Origin: an uncultured delta proteobacterium
Lineage (GTDB): Bacteria > Desulfobacterota > Binatia > Binatales > Binataceae
NCBI GenBank assembly: GCA_963765675.1
Contig: CAVXXK010000003.1
Span: 192,001 to 256,000 of the forward strand
Direction: 5' to 3'
DNA: 64,000 bases
The position numbers and the translations under genes were made by a program. The notes below the pieces were generated by a model. That model was not told the origin of the DNA. It was given only the letters and a program-made list of their open reading frames with translations, and did no database searches. Of the stretch, positions 9,417 to 20,483 are shown piece after piece; positions within the stretch are counted from its first letter, which is position 1, and every line of letters starts with the position of its first letter.

Positions 9417-10697
9417 TCAGGCGGCTTTGGTGATCCTGTCCATCCCTCCCATGTAGGGACGCAGGACCGGTGGGATCGTTATGCTGCCGTCCTCGTTTTG
9501 GTAGGTCTCGAGGAGGGAGATGAGCGTTCGCGGCATCCCGAGACCTGAGCCATTGAGCGTGTGGACGAATTCGGGTTTGCCGCCTTTTCCCGCGCGGAAC
9601 CTGATCTGCGCGCGGCGCGCCTGGAAATCCCAGCAGTTCGAGCACGAACTGACTTCGAGCCATTCGCCGCATCCCGGCGCCCACATCTCGACGTCGTACT
9701 TCGACGCCGCGGCGAAACCCAGGTCGCCGGTGCACATCTGGATCACGCGATATGGAATCTCGAGCCGCCGGCAGATCTCGCACGCGTCTTCGACCAGCTT
9801 TTCGAGCTCTTCGTCCGACTTCTCCGGATGCACCAGCTTGACCATCTCGACCTTGTCGAATTGATGGCCGCGCTTGATTCCGCGCACGTCGCGTCCGGCC
9901 GACATCTTCTCGCGCCGGAAGCAGGGCGTGTAGGCGGCCAGGTAGATCGGCAACCGGGCGGCGTCAAGAATCTCGCGCGCGTACATATTGGTGAGCGGCA
10001 CCTCGGCGGTCGGGATAAAGTAAAAATCTTCCTCGAAATCGCGATACATCGTGTCGGCGAATTTTGGCAGATGCGCGCTGCCGGTCACCGTCGCGGTATT
10101 GACCATCAGCGGCGGCGCAACCTCGAGGTAGCCCTGCTCCTGCGTCTTGATGTCGAGCATCCAGGCAATGAGCGCCCGCTCCAACCGCGCGCCCGCACCC
10201 AGCAGGAAATGAAATCGGGTGCCGGAGATTTTCACGCCGCGGTCGAAGTCTATAATCCCGAGCTTCTCGCCCAGTTCCCAATGCGGTAGCGGCTTGAACG
10301 AGGTGAACTCCTGCGGCGCGCCTACTGTCCGGACGATCTTGTTATCAGCGTCGCTCTTGCCGACGGGTACGTGCGGGCGCGGCAGATTCGGCAGCGTGAG
10401 CAGAAAATTCTCGCATTCGCTTTCGAGCTCGGAGAGATCGCGCTCGCCCGCAGTGATTCGGTCGCCGAGCGCACGCATCCCGGCGCGCTTTTGCTCTCGG
10501 ACCTCGGGCGATGCTTTGCCTAGTTCCTTTGATTCGGCAGCGCGGCGGGCACGCAGCTCGTCGAGCTCGAACTGGAGCTTGCGGCGGCGCGCGTCCGTTT
10601 CGAGCACTCGGTCAAGCTCGGCCCCTTCGACACCGACTTTGGCCAGCTCCGCTTTGACCAAGTCGGGTTTTTCGCGAATCAATTTGATATCGAGCAT
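9417..10697 (-). CDS. serS: Seryl-tRNA synthetase
   Basis: MLDIKLIRE, IPTAEVP, CFRRE, HQFDKVEMV, EVSSCSNC and HTLNGSGL motifs. Confidence 0.97.
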   Translation of the reverse strand: MLDIKLIREKPDLVKAELAKVGVEGAELDRVLETDARRRKLQFELDELRARRAAESKELGKASPEVREQKRAGMRALGDRITAGERDLSELESECENFLLTLPNLPRPHVPVGKSDADNKIVRTVGAPQEFTSFKPLPHWELGEKLGIIDFDRGVKISGTRFHFLLGAGARLERALIAWMLDIKTQEQGYLEVAPPLMVNTATVTGSAHLPKFADTMYRDFEEDFYFIPTAEVPLTNMYAREILDAARLPIYLAAYTPCFRREKMSAGRDVRGIKRGHQFDKVEMVKLVHPEKSDEELEKLVEDACEICRRLEIPYRVIQMCTGDLGFAAASKYDVEMWAPGCGEWLEVSSCSNCWDFQARRAQIRFRAGKGGKPEFVHTLNGSGLGMPRTLISLLETYQNEDGSITIPPVLRPYMGGMDRITKAA

Positions 10698-11141
10698 TCA
10701 AAATGCGTCCTTTAGATGCTGGAGGCGACGGCTGCCGCCCGCCTCGACAATTGCGACTACGTCGAAGCGCGCGTCGTGTTCCGCCGCGCGATAGTGCGCG
10801 ACAAACTGCTCGGCCGCACGGCGGATTTGCTCCTGCTTGGCGCGGTTGACCGATTCTTCCGGAGTTCCAGCCGCCGTTCCAGTGCGCCGTTTCACCTCGA
10901 CAAAGACGATCGTCTCCCCATCCATGGCGATGATATCGATCTCGGCATGTGCGGCGCGATAGTTGCGCGTAACGATGCGGTAGCCGAGCCGACGCAAGTG
11001 CCGCTCCGCGATTCGCTCTCCACGTCGCCCGAAGCGAAATCGCGCGGCTCCGGGCAGCACACTCTCCCGAGTCGCAAATCGGCTTAAAAGCGCGTCGAGC
11101 CGTGCCCAGACTTCGCCCGCTGAGGTTACACTTCGTGCCAT
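10698..11141 (-). CDS. yraN: YraN/UPF0102 family putative endonuclease
   Basis: GERIAERHLRRLGYRIVTRNYR..EIDIIA..VFVEVK..RFDVVAI..HLKDAF. Confidence 0.88.
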   Translation of the reverse strand: MARSVTSAGEVWARLDALLSRFATRESVLPGAARFRFGRRGERIAERHLRRLGYRIVTRNYRAAHAEIDIIAMDGETIVFVEVKRRTGTAAGTPEESVNRAKQEQIRRAAEQFVAHYRAAEHDARFDVVAIVEAGGSRRLQHLKDAF

Positions 11142-11312
11142 ACTACAAGGCTTGTCCGCTTAGTCCAGATTATACTCTGGCTTCGCGGATCAGCGAGGCT
11201 TTTTTCTCGGATTGGAAACTAAATCTTACGGTATTTCGACCGCAAAGTTGCGGCAAGCCACCGCAAACGTGCGACTGACACGGAGCCACCGGGATGTTAC
11301 GATTCCGGCACG

Positions 11313-11609
11313 ATGGCGGAGAGCAAAATTACCCTGGAACAGGTGCGACACGTCGCGCGGCTGGCGCGGATCGAGCTCAGTCCCGGCGAAGAACAGCATC
11401 TCCGGGCCGACATGGACCAGATCCTCGCGTATGTGGACAAGCTCGGCGAACTCGACGTCAGCTCTGTCCTTCCGACCATGCAGGTCGGTGAATCGGGCAC
11501 GCCGATGCGCGCGGACGAGGTCACCAATTCGCCCGACGCGGAGGCGATGCTGGCAAATGCGCCGGCGCGCGAACGCGGGTACTTCAAGGTTCCGAAAATT
11601 ATTGAATAG
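11313..11609 (+). CDS. gatC: Asp/Glu-tRNA amidotransferase subunit C
   Basis: [15 protein letters not shown]...YFKVPKIIE; precedes gatA. Confidence 0.95.
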   Translation: MAESKITLEQVRHVARLARIELSPGEEQHLRADMDQILAYVDKLGELDVSSVLPTMQVGESGTPMRADEVTNSPDAEAMLANAPARERGYFKVPKIIE

Positions 11610-11683
11610 CGGCCGCCTGGGTTCGATCCACTACCGAACTGACCATCGCGGCCGACGCGCCGCGAACGGAACGTGCTGACACG

Positions 11684-13147
11684 ATGGCATCCTCTGAACT
11701 GAATCGACTGACTATCGCCGACGCCGCCGCCCGGCTGCGTAAGCGCGAAATCTCGTCCACCGAACTGACCCGCGCGTGCCTCGATCGGATCGCGGCCGTG
11801 GAGCCACGGCTCCATGCGTTTATCACGGTCGTCGAAAAAGCGGCTCTGGCGCAGGCCGCCGAGGCTGATCGCCGCCTGCCGGCTGGCGACGCTCCGGCGC
11901 TGTGCGGAATCCCGCTCGGGATCAAGGATATTTACGCGACCAAGGGCGTTGCGACGACGTGTGCGTCGAGAATCCTGAGCAATTTTATTCCGCCTTTCGA
12001 CGCGACCGTAATTGCGAAGCTGCGCGCCGAAGGCGCGGTGTTCGTCGGCAAGACCAATATGGACGAATTCGCGATGGGTTCGTCCACCGAAAATTCCGCG
12101 TTCGGACCCACGATGAACCCGCATGACCTGTCGCGTGTGTCCGGCGGGTCGTCGGGCGGATCGGCCGCGGCGGTCGCGGCGGACGAATGCCTGGGCGCGC
12201 TCGGCACCGACACCGGAGGATCGATTCGCGAGCCGGCGTCGTTTTGCGGAGTGGTCGGAATCAAGCCGACCTATTCGCGCGTCAGCCGCTACGGCGTGAT
12301 CGCGTTCGCCTCATCGCTCGATCAGGTTGGACCGTTCGCCAAGAGCGTGCGCGACGCCGCGATTCTGCTGCGCTCGCTCGCGGGGCACGATCCCCGCGAT
12401 TCGACCTGCTCGACGCGTCCGGTCCCCGACTACGAGCGCGCACTCACCGGCGAAGTGAAGGGGCTCAAAATCGGCGTGCCCAAGGAATATTTCGTCTCCG
12501 GGATGGATCCCGCGGTCGAGCGATCGGTGCGCGCCGCGCTCAAGCATTACGAAACGATGGGCGCGAAGCTGATCGATATCTCGCTGCCGCACACGTCGTA
12601 CGCGATCGCCTGCTACTACCTGGTCGCAACCGCGGAGGCGAGCGCGAACCTGGCGCGCTACGACGGAGTCCGATACGGCGTGCGCGCCGCCGCGGAAGAC
12701 ACGATCGCTCTGTACGAGACCACGCGCGCTCAAGGTTTCGGCGCCGAAGTGAAGCGCCGCATCATGCTGGGAACCTTCGCGCTTTCGACCGGCTACTACG
12801 ACGCTTACTACCTGAAGGCGATGAAGGTGCGAACGCTAATCCGCCGCGACTTCGAGCGCGCGTTCGAGAGCTGCGACGTGATCGTGACGCCGGTCGCGCC
12901 GGGCACCGCGTTCAAGCTCGGCGAGAAGATGAACGATCCGCTGACGATGTATCTGTCCGACATCTTCACGATTTCGGTGAACCTGGCCGGCCTGCCGGGC
13001 CTGGCGCTCCCGTGCGGCTACGACGCGAACAATCTACCGATCGGGATGCAGATAATCGGCGCGCCGTTTGCCGAGGAAACGATCCTGCGCGCGGGCGACG
13101 CGTTCGAGCGCTCGGGCGCGGTGACGCTCAAACGGCCCGCGCTGTGA
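11684..13147 (+). CDS. gatA: Asp/Glu-tRNA amidotransferase subunit A
   Basis: Amidase signature [20 protein letters not shown]; [13 protein letters not shown]. Confidence 0.97.
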   Translation: MASSELNRLTIADAAARLRKREISSTELTRACLDRIAAVEPRLHAFITVVEKAALAQAAEADRRLPAGDAPALCGIPLGIKDIYATKGVATTCASRILSNFIPPFDATVIAKLRAEGAVFVGKTNMDEFAMGSSTENSAFGPTMNPHDLSRVSGGSSGGSAAAVAADECLGALGTDTGGSIREPASFCGVVGIKPTYSRVSRYGVIAFASSLDQVGPFAKSVRDAAILLRSLAGHDPRDSTCSTRPVPDYERALTGEVKGLKIGVPKEYFVSGMDPAVERSVRAALKHYETMGAKLIDISLPHTSYAIACYYLVATAEASANLARYDGVRYGVRAAAEDTIALYETTRAQGFGAEVKRRIMLGTFALSTGYYDAYYLKAMKVRTLIRRDFERAFESCDVIVTPVAPGTAFKLGEKMNDPLTMYLSDIFTISVNLAGLPGLALPCGYDANNLPIGMQIIGAPFAEETILRAGDAFERSGAVTLKRPAL

Positions 13148-13154
13148 GAAGACG

Positions 13155-14592
13155 ATGAATAACGAAACATATGAAGCGGTGATCGGACTCGAGGTCCACA
13201 CCCATCTGATGACGAAGTCGAAGCTGTTCTGCGGATGCTCGACGGAGTTCGGGCGCGCGCCGAACGAAAACGTCTGCCCGGTGTGCCTCGGGATGCCCGG
13301 AGTGCTCCCGGTGCTGAACCGGCGCGTCGTCGAGCTGGCGGTGCGCACGGGACTTGCCGCGCATTGCGAAATATCGGAGCGCTCGATCTTCGATCGCAAG
13401 AGTTATTTCTATCCCGACCTGCCGAAGAATTATCAAATCTCGCAGTACGAAACGCCGGTATGCAAAGGCGGATATATCGAAATTCCGGCCGGTGATGGCG
13501 CGGTGAAGAAGATCCGGCTGGTGCGGATTCATATCGAAGAAGACGCGGGCAAGAATATTCACGAAGCCAACGCGAGCCTGGTCGATTTCAACCGCTCATG
13601 CGTGCCGCTGATCGAAATCGTAAGCGAGCCCGACCTCCGCTCCGCCGACGACGCGAGCGCCTATCTGCACGAGCTGCGCAGTATCCTGCGCTATATCGAG
13701 GCCTCCGACGGCCGCATGGAGGAAGGCAGCTTTCGCTGCGACGTCAACGTCTCGGTGCGCAAGCGCGGCGCCTCAGAGCTGGGGGTGAAGACCGAAATCA
13801 AAAACTTGAACTCGTTCCGCTTCGTCGAAAAGGCGATCGACTTTGAGGTCAATCGGCAGATCGAGTTGATCGAGTCCGGCGGCAAAGTCGCGCAGGAGAC
13901 GCATCTGTGGGATCCCGTGCGCGAAGAGACGCGCCCGATGCGCTCGAAAGAGTTCGCGAACGATTATCGCTACTTCCCCGAGCCCGATCTTCCGCCGCTA
14001 ATCGTGGCGCCCGCGATGGTCGAAGAGATCCGCCGCGCGATGCCGGAGCTTCCCGCGGATCGCCGTGCGCGCTACATCCGCGACTTCGGCCTCGGCGCCT
14101 ACGAAGCGGGCGTGCTGACCGCCGAGCGCGAGACCGCGGATTATTTTGAAGCCACGACTCCGGGCCTGAAAAATCCGAAGAGCGCCGCCAACTGGGTGAT
14201 GACCGAAGTGCTGCGCGTCGCCAACGACACCGGCAAGCCTCTGGCCGAGGCGGTGCCTGCAGCAGCCGAAGTCGGCGCGCTGCTCAGGATGGTCGAAGAC
14301 CAGAAGATCAGCCTGAATGCAGCCAAGACCGCGTTCGCCGCGATGGTGAAATCCGGCAAGAGTGCGGACGCGACGATCGCCGAGCTGGGTCTAGCGCAGG
14401 TCTCCGATACCGGCGCGATCGCGGCGGCGTGCGACGCGGTGATCACCGCCGAGCCGGCCAAACTCGCCGAGTATCGCGGCGGACGCGACAAGCTGTTCGG
14501 ATTTTTCGTCGGCCAGGTAATGAAAGCGATGGGCGGCAAAGCCAACCCCAAGGTAATCAACGAAATCCTGAAACAGAAACTCGCCGGGCTAG
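13155..14592 (+). CDS. gatB: Asp/Glu-tRNA amidotransferase subunit B (true stop probably TAG at 14590-14592 after a +1 error in GGG)
   Basis: IGLEVH, YFYPDLPKNYQISQ, DYRYFPEPDL, GFFVGQVMK..GKANP; homology ends at LKQKLAG, with a TAG one base out of frame. Confidence 0.93.
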
Positions 14593-15461
14593 GTCGGGCG
14601 GAGCTTCAGGAAAGCAGGATGCCGGAACGGGGCGCCGGGCGCGAGCTTGCGCGACATGTCCTCGAACACCGAGCGCGGCTCGCCCTCGGCGTTTTGCCCG
14701 ACCATCAGGCCCGGGCGCAGCACGAATTTGGCGTCGTCACCGAAAAAACGCAGCGACAGTGTGCGGCGGCGCTTTCCGCGATGCGTCGGCGCTCCGCCGT
14801 GGAGCATCGCGGGATGAAACACGATCACGTCGCCTGGCTCGACGCCCCACGAGACGATATCCCACCTGGAGCGTTCGGCCTCGATATTCGGCAGCCGCGG
14901 CATCGCCTCGCCGCCATAAAGCGGCGCGGTATCGTCGGTGGGATCAAATCTCGAACCGTCATACAGCACGCCGCGATGCGACCCGCGGACAAACTCCAGC
15001 GAGTCTTCGCGCGCGACCGGGTCGAACGAGATCCACATCACGGCGATTCGGTTTCCCTCGATCGGCAAGTAGGAGGAATCCTGATGCCACGGCGTGCGCC
15101 GGCTCTCGCCGCCCTCTTTCAGAAACACCTGCTCGTAGAGGAACCATACGTCGGGTGCGTTCCACAGCGCGGCGACAAGATCGGCGGCCGGCGATCGCAA
15201 CAGCATCTCGCGGTAGCCGGTCAGCGCGTTTGGATTAAGCAAATCCTGATAGAAGCGATCGGGCGCGTCGGCGGTGCCCTGAAATTGATTTGCGGCGCGG
15301 CCGGGATTGGCGAGACTCCATTCGAATGCGGCGCGAGCGCGGTCGAGTGCGTCGTCGTCCAGGACCTTGCGCAGGCATACGGCGCCGTCGGCGGCGAATC
15401 GTTCCCGCATCGACTCGATTTCCGCCCGATTCGTCGAGCTTCCTGAAGCGTCAGAGGACAT
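14589..15461 (-). CDS. Phytanoyl-CoA dioxygenase (PhyH) family 2OG-Fe(II) oxygenase
   Basis: TPWHQD, PGDVIVFHPAMLHG, RRRTLSLRF; GAGGAAG RBS before the ATG at 15461. Confidence 0.85.
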   Translation of the reverse strand: MSSDASGSSTNRAEIESMRERFAADGAVCLRKVLDDDALDRARAAFEWSLANPGRAANQFQGTADAPDRFYQDLLNPNALTGYREMLLRSPAADLVAALWNAPDVWFLYEQVFLKEGGESRRTPWHQDSSYLPIEGNRIAVMWISFDPVAREDSLEFVRGSHRGVLYDGSRFDPTDDTAPLYGGEAMPRLPNIEAERSRWDIVSWGVEPGDVIVFHPAMLHGGAPTHRGKRRRTLSLRFFGDDAKFVLRPGLMVGQNAEGEPRSVFEDMSRKLAPGAPFRHPAFLKLRPT

Positions 15462-15531
15462 GGCTTCCTCTTCGCACAGGACGATCGGAATCGTCAACTC
15501 ACGCAGGGAAAACTGCGCGCGGAGTACGTCC

Positions 15532-16284
15532 TCAACGAGAGGGACTGGCGTTATTGTTCGAGCTGCTGAATCCGCCGCTGGCGGCAACTCCTCCGACCAC
15601 TCCACCGCCGACGGCGGCAGCGGCTCCGGCAGCGGCTGCGCCAGTGCCCAGACCACTCCCTGCCCCGGCGGCCGCGATCGCCGCCGCAGCAGTCGGCAGC
15701 AACGCGCATGGGACGATCGATTTGAAGCCCGGATGGAGCTGCACTGTATTGCCGGGCGCGGAGACGTTCGCGACGTCAACCACGCCGTCATAGACGGCTA
15801 CGTCGGTGAAGCGATGGCATCCTTCGAACTGTTTTCGATTGACGCCTTCCTGGTACGACACGTCGTACTTGGTGCCGCGAGCCGCGGCGACGGCGTTCGG
15901 TGTGTGAACTTCGTAAGTGGACGCGCCGGCGCCGGTGGCATGCACCACGTATGATCGGAGAACACCGGCCAACAGGGTGATCTTGTCGGCGGTAGTGGTG
16001 GTGGCGTTGCGATGCGGGATGTCCAGCTTGACCTTGGACAGCTCGCCAATCTCGAGCGTGCTCTTATCGGCCAAAGTAACGGTTGCGCTTGAAGCAGCGG
16101 CGGTATCAACCTCGTCACCGTCGAATACGGCCGTACCCACCGCTGCCTGACTCGATATTCCGTTGTGGACGACGACAACGCCGCCGGTTACGACCGTGAC
16201 AGTTGCATCACCGGTTTGCGCCCATGCAGGCGTCGCGATCGCGATTATCGCGATCAATATCGAGAACAGAGCGGCTTTGGACAT
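15532..16284 (-). CDS. Secreted FecR-domain protein with Gly/Ala-rich C-terminal tail (start uncertain, alternatively 16314)
   Basis: Signal peptide (..TPAWAQ); FecR-like GDEVDT..ATVTLADKSTLEIGELS and YEVHTPNAVAAARGTKYDV. Confidence 0.75.
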   Translation of the reverse strand: MSKAALFSILIAIIAIATPAWAQTGDATVTVVTGGVVVVHNGISSQAAVGTAVFDGDEVDTAAASSATVTLADKSTLEIGELSKVKLDIPHRNATTTTADKITLLAGVLRSYVVHATGAGASTYEVHTPNAVAAARGTKYDVSYQEGVNRKQFEGCHRFTDVAVYDGVVDVANVSAPGNTVQLHPGFKSIVPCALLPTAAAAIAAAGAGSGLGTGAAAAGAAAAVGGGVVGGVAASGGFSSSNNNASPSR

Positions 16285-16482
16285 CGCGTGGATTGCTTTC
16301 TCTAATAGCTTCATTATCCGATTCATAAGATGAAATCGAGCATTCCCGTGGGCGTACCCAACTGAAAACGTAGTAACCGGGACTGGAAGTGCGGGACTGC
16401 AATTTGCAGTGCTAACTAAGCATTGACGGCGCAGATAAGGCAAACGTGCCAATCGACCTTAAAGGAGGCGACCGGTCGAGAT

Positions 16483-17673
16483 TCAGCCTTTAGGCAGGCC
16501 GAGCGTCCGTTCACCGATAATGTTGCGTTGAATCTCGCTGGTGCCGCCGGAGATCGTGTACTGGCGCGAGCTGAGCACGCGATTTTGCCATCGGGGCGCA
16601 TCCGGCACCACTTCGGTTGGATCTCCCAGCAATCCGTAGCCGCCGAGCAACTCGGTCGAGAAGCGCGCGATTCGCACACCCAGTTCGGAGCCGAACAACT
16701 TGAGCATCGATCCCTCGGGTCCCGGCGGCAGCCCCTTGAGCATCCGGGTCAGGGTTCGCAGGCGGGCGTATTTCGCGGCTTCGCAATCGATCAGCAGCTC
16801 CGTCATCCGCTGACGAACCCAAGCCTGCTCCGACGCCGGGCGTCCTCCTATCTGTACAGTCTTGGCGAGCGCGGCCAGCCGCTCGACCTGTGCGCGATGG
16901 CTTCCGCCGCCGGCGAAACCACGCTCGTAGCTGAGCGTGGTCATCGCGACTTTCCATCCTTCGTTGACTTTGCCGACGAGGTTTTCCTTCAGCACCTGGA
17001 CGTTCTCGAAGAAGACCTCGTTGAAGTGCGCATGCCCGTTCATCGTGACCAGCGGACGCACCTCGACGCCGGGACTCTTCATGTCCATCAGCAGATAGGT
17101 GATCCCTTTGTGCTTGGGAGCGTCGGGATCAGTGCGCGCGAGCAGGAACATCCGGTCCGCGTACTGCGCTCCCGAGGTCCAGACTTTCTGGCCGGTGAGC
17201 AGAAAATAATCGCCCTGATCGACGGCACGCGTCGAGAGGTTGGCAAGGTCCGAGCCGGCGCCGGGCTCGGAATAGCCCTGGCACCAGATATCTTGGGCAG
17301 CGAGGATTCGCTTCAGGTATCGATTCTTCTGCGCGTCCGTGCCCCACTGCATCAAGGTGGGACCGCACATGTTGAGGCCGAAATATCCGGGCATGATCGG
17401 ACCGCGTGCGCGGTCATACTCGTCGTCCCAGATGAATTGTTCGATCACGGTAGCGGCGCGTCCGCCGTACTCGCGCGGCCACGCAAGGCCTGCGTAGCCT
17501 GCGGTATAAAGCTGGTTCTGCCATGCGCGGCGGCGCTCGAAGATCTCGCGATTGGGCGCGATCCGTTCGTCCTGCGCGTCTTCGATCTTGAGCTCGTCGG
17601 GCAGATTCGCGGCGAGCCACGCGCGCACCTCGCGCCGAAAGGCCTCCTGCTCCGGAGAAAATTCAAAATCCAC
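16483..17673 (-). CDS. Acyl-CoA dehydrogenase family protein
   Basis: WCQGYSEPGAGSDLA, GQKVWTS, FNEVFF, TISGGTSEIQRNIIGER. Confidence 0.93.
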   Translation of the reverse strand: MDFEFSPEQEAFRREVRAWLAANLPDELKIEDAQDERIAPNREIFERRRAWQNQLYTAGYAGLAWPREYGGRAATVIEQFIWDDEYDRARGPIMPGYFGLNMCGPTLMQWGTDAQKNRYLKRILAAQDIWCQGYSEPGAGSDLANLSTRAVDQGDYFLLTGQKVWTSGAQYADRMFLLARTDPDAPKHKGITYLLMDMKSPGVEVRPLVTMNGHAHFNEVFFENVQVLKENLVGKVNEGWKVAMTTLSYERGFAGGGSHRAQVERLAALAKTVQIGGRPASEQAWVRQRMTELLIDCEAAKYARLRTLTRMLKGLPPGPEGSMLKLFGSELGVRIARFSTELLGGYGLLGDPTEVVPDAPRWQNRVLSSRQYTISGGTSEIQRNIIGERTLGLPKG

Positions 17674-17685
17674 GAATGATGTTCC

Positions 17686-17904
17686 TTAACGATGAGGGAT
17701 TACGGAAGCCTCGACACTCAAGCCCGTGCCGTCGCCGCTGGGATGATAGTGCAGCTTCTCAAACCCGATCACACGTCCGGAGGAATCCTTCATCAGGATC
17801 ACCTCGTCGGTGGTTTCCTCGGACACGTCTTCGAGATGCGGATCGTCAAACCATACGGTGAGCGTCTGACCAATCGTGTCGTGAATCACGCGGATCTTGT
17901 CCAT
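17686..17904 (-). CDS. DUF2283-like small protein (putative antitoxin)
   Basis: 72 aa acidic; TLTVWF..EETTDEVILMKDSSGRVIGFE; overlaps the upstream gene. Confidence 0.7.
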   Translation of the reverse strand: MDKIRVIHDTIGQTLTVWFDDPHLEDVSEETTDEVILMKDSSGRVIGFEKLHYHPSGDGTGLSVEASVIPHR

Positions 17905-18206
17905 ATTTTATCTCCCGCCTTAACCGCGTCGGTTCGATATGCGGTGATGAGAAAGCCGCCGTCTACCTGCCTTCTCACAACGGCGCAAATCCAGCGACCA
18001 GAATCTTCACGATAAAATAGCAGAACTTTCTCATCCTTGCGGCTGCGCCGGACCTCGACAGGCTCTCGCAGCACGCGCTCGATTTCCTTCTCACGCCCCG
18101 AGAGCACCGGGTGTTTTCGGTCGACGATATAATCCCAATACGCGCTGGTACATCGCACCTTAAATCCGAGCGGCGTTTCGACCTCGAAAAGCAACTGCTC
18201 CGGCAT
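17886..18206 (-). CDS. DUF4258-like RelE-fold protein (putative toxin)
   Basis: 106 aa; KHPVL..IERVLREP..RRSRKD..GFLITAY; coupled to the DUF2283 gene. Confidence 0.6.
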   Translation of the reverse strand: MPEQLLFEVETPLGFKVRCTSAYWDYIVDRKHPVLSGREKEIERVLREPVEVRRSRKDEKVLLFYREDSGRWICAVVRRQVDGGFLITAYRTDAVKAGDKIWTRSA

Positions 18207-19325
18207 TCAATTCAGACTGAAGGCGCGGGCGGCGTTGTTCCATAGGATTTTGCGGCGGCTCGTGTCGGAGATTGGCTGCTTCATGATTGCGCCGATACCC
18301 CACGGGAAAGTTCCGTCGGGATGCGGATAGTCGGTGTCCCACAGAAAATTGTCGTCGCCGATTATGTCGATCGCGGCCTTCATCGTGGGTTCGTCGCCGC
18401 GGAACGCGACGAAAAAATTCGATTTGAAATATTCCGTCGGACGCCGCTTCAGATACTCATGCTCCGAGTTACCGCTGAAGCCCCAATGCTGCTCCATCCG
18501 CTGGAGCCAGTACGGGACCCATCCGCCGTCGGCCTCCACCTGCACCACGCGCAGCTTCGGAAATTTTTCGATCACGCCGTACCAGATCAGCCCCGCCATC
18601 GCGGCCATCGCCTCGAACGGATGCGACAGGATATGGCCCGTGACGTGGGTGTCCATCCGATCGCCGAATGACTCGACCGACGCCGACGCGGAGTCATGCG
18701 TGGAGATCGGAAGGCCGAGCTTCTCGACCTCGGCCCACAGCGGCAGGTAGTCGTCATGAAAAAGCGTGCGGCCGCGCACCGGATTGGGCCGCACATAAAA
18801 GCTGACCGCACCCTTTCCGGCGGCGCGATGCGCTTCCTTGATCGATTCGTCTACGTCCTGCATCGGCAGGATCGCGGCCCAGCGCAGGCGTTTGGCGTCG
18901 CGCGAGCAAAAATCCGCGCTCCAATCGTTGTAGGCCCGGCAACACGCCGCGAGCAGTTTCGGATCGTGGAACTCGCGCCCGAGCATCTGGCCCGCCGCGG
19001 TCGGATAGATGATCTGGACATCGACGCCGTTCTCGTCCATGTCGATAATCCTGCTGTCGGCGCTGAACCCGGTCTTCGCGGCGCGCTCGAAGCGCTTCAT
19101 CGCCTTGCGCACCGCTTCGAGGAAGCCGGGTGCGGCCATCGGATACTTGCCCTTCTCGCGCGTGAACGGCTCGCCTTCGACCAGGAACGTGCGCCTGCCC
19201 GACTGCGCCGCGATCCCCATCTTCGGCGCCTCGGATTTGTAGCGCGTGTCGATGTACTTCTCGAACACGAAATCGGGTTCCATCAGATGCGTATCGGCAT
19301 CGACGATCTTAAATCCGTCTTTCAT
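18207..19325 (-). CDS. Amidohydrolase_2 family protein
   Basis: IVDADTH, RAYNDW, VEADGGW, WDTDYPHPD. Confidence 0.9.
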   Translation of the reverse strand: MKDGFKIVDADTHLMEPDFVFEKYIDTRYKSEAPKMGIAAQSGRRTFLVEGEPFTREKGKYPMAAPGFLEAVRKAMKRFERAAKTGFSADSRIIDMDENGVDVQIIYPTAAGQMLGREFHDPKLLAACCRAYNDWSADFCSRDAKRLRWAAILPMQDVDESIKEAHRAAGKGAVSFYVRPNPVRGRTLFHDDYLPLWAEVEKLGLPISTHDSASASVESFGDRMDTHVTGHILSHPFEAMAAMAGLIWYGVIEKFPKLRVVQVEADGGWVPYWLQRMEQHWGFSGNSEHEYLKRRPTEYFKSNFFVAFRGDEPTMKAAIDIIGDDNFLWDTDYPHPDGTFPWGIGAIMKQPISDTSRRKILWNNAARAFSLN

Positions 19326-19380
19326 AAGATTGCTCCCTGGTGTTGCCGTCGTGATTTCTTCGGCTCCAACATTTGAAAAA

Positions 19381-20404
19381 TTATTGTCCGTGAGGGATGA
19401 TCAATGCCTTCACGCCCTGGCGTGCGCGCAGCAGCTCGAAGGCCTCGATTCCGTGCGAAAGTTCGTAGCGATGCGTCACCATCGGGAGCAGCGCGATCTG
19501 CCCGGACGAGACCATCGCGATCGCGCGGCGCCAGGTCTCGGGCGTGCGGATGCGCGAGTTGATCCAGGTCACGCCGTGAAAGAACATCCCGCGCAGATCG
19601 GCCGAAGCTCAGGTCGCGCGCCGGCCATCCGACCTCGACGAATTCGCCCCCGCGCCGAAGCAGCTCGCGTGGCGAATCGATCGCGCCTGACGCGTCGAAC
19701 AGCGCGTCGGCGCCGCCCTCCGGCAGCTTCGCGCGCGCTTGATCGATCCAGTCGCGATCGCTCGCGCATACCGTCGCGAAACCCATCGAGCGCGCGAGCT
19801 CGAGGCGTCCGGCGTCGGCCGCAAGCCCGGTGATCACGATCGAGCTCACGCCGAGCGCGCGCGCCGAGAGCGCAACCGACAGCCCGATCGGTCCCGGCCC
19901 CTCGACCACCGCGCTGTCGCCGGCCCGAAGCGACGACAACTCGACCGCGTGCAGTCCGGTCCCGAACGGTTCGAGCAGCGCCGCCGTCTCGAAGTCCATC
20001 GAGCCCGGCACCAGATGCGCGTTACCTACCGGCGCGATCGTATAGTCGGCGAACGCGCCCGATAGCGTGGTCGGCGAGGCGCAGAGATGGAACCGGCCTG
20101 CCCGGCAAGGACCGCATCGTGCGCAGTGCCCGAACGGATCGAGCGCGACGCGGTCGCCCGGCTTGAAGCCGGTCACGCCGCGGCCGACTTCGACCACTTC
20201 GCCGGCGGGTTCATGCCCCATCACGAACGGCATCTTGCCGACCATCCGGTCGGCGCCGAGTTCCCATTCATAAAGGTGCAGATCGGAGCCGCAGATTCCG
20301 CACGCGGCGATTCGGACCAGAAGCTGGTTTTCGCCCGGATGCGGTCTTGGCAGCTCGACGACATCGGCGCCAAACGCGGCGCGCGTTTTCGCGATCGCTT
20401 GCAT
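19381..20404 (-). CDS. Zn-dependent alcohol dehydrogenase (one +1 frameshift near 19605)
   Basis: CGICGSDLH, GHE, CARCGPC..C, GPGPIG; C-terminus continues in ORF 19381-19587 (MVTHRYEL..GVKALI). Confidence 0.85.
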
Positions 20405-20483
20405 TGCGTGCCTCGCCCAATCAATACGACTTCGCGCGGCGTGGCGTCAAAGGCGAATCCAGCAGAAAAATCAGGAAGAAAGA

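Noticed and set aside
13155-15446. 763-aa GatB with a 285-aa C-terminal extension
   Set aside because: The extension is the antisense shadow of the PhyH gene; one extra G at 14586-14588 puts the natural TAG out of frame
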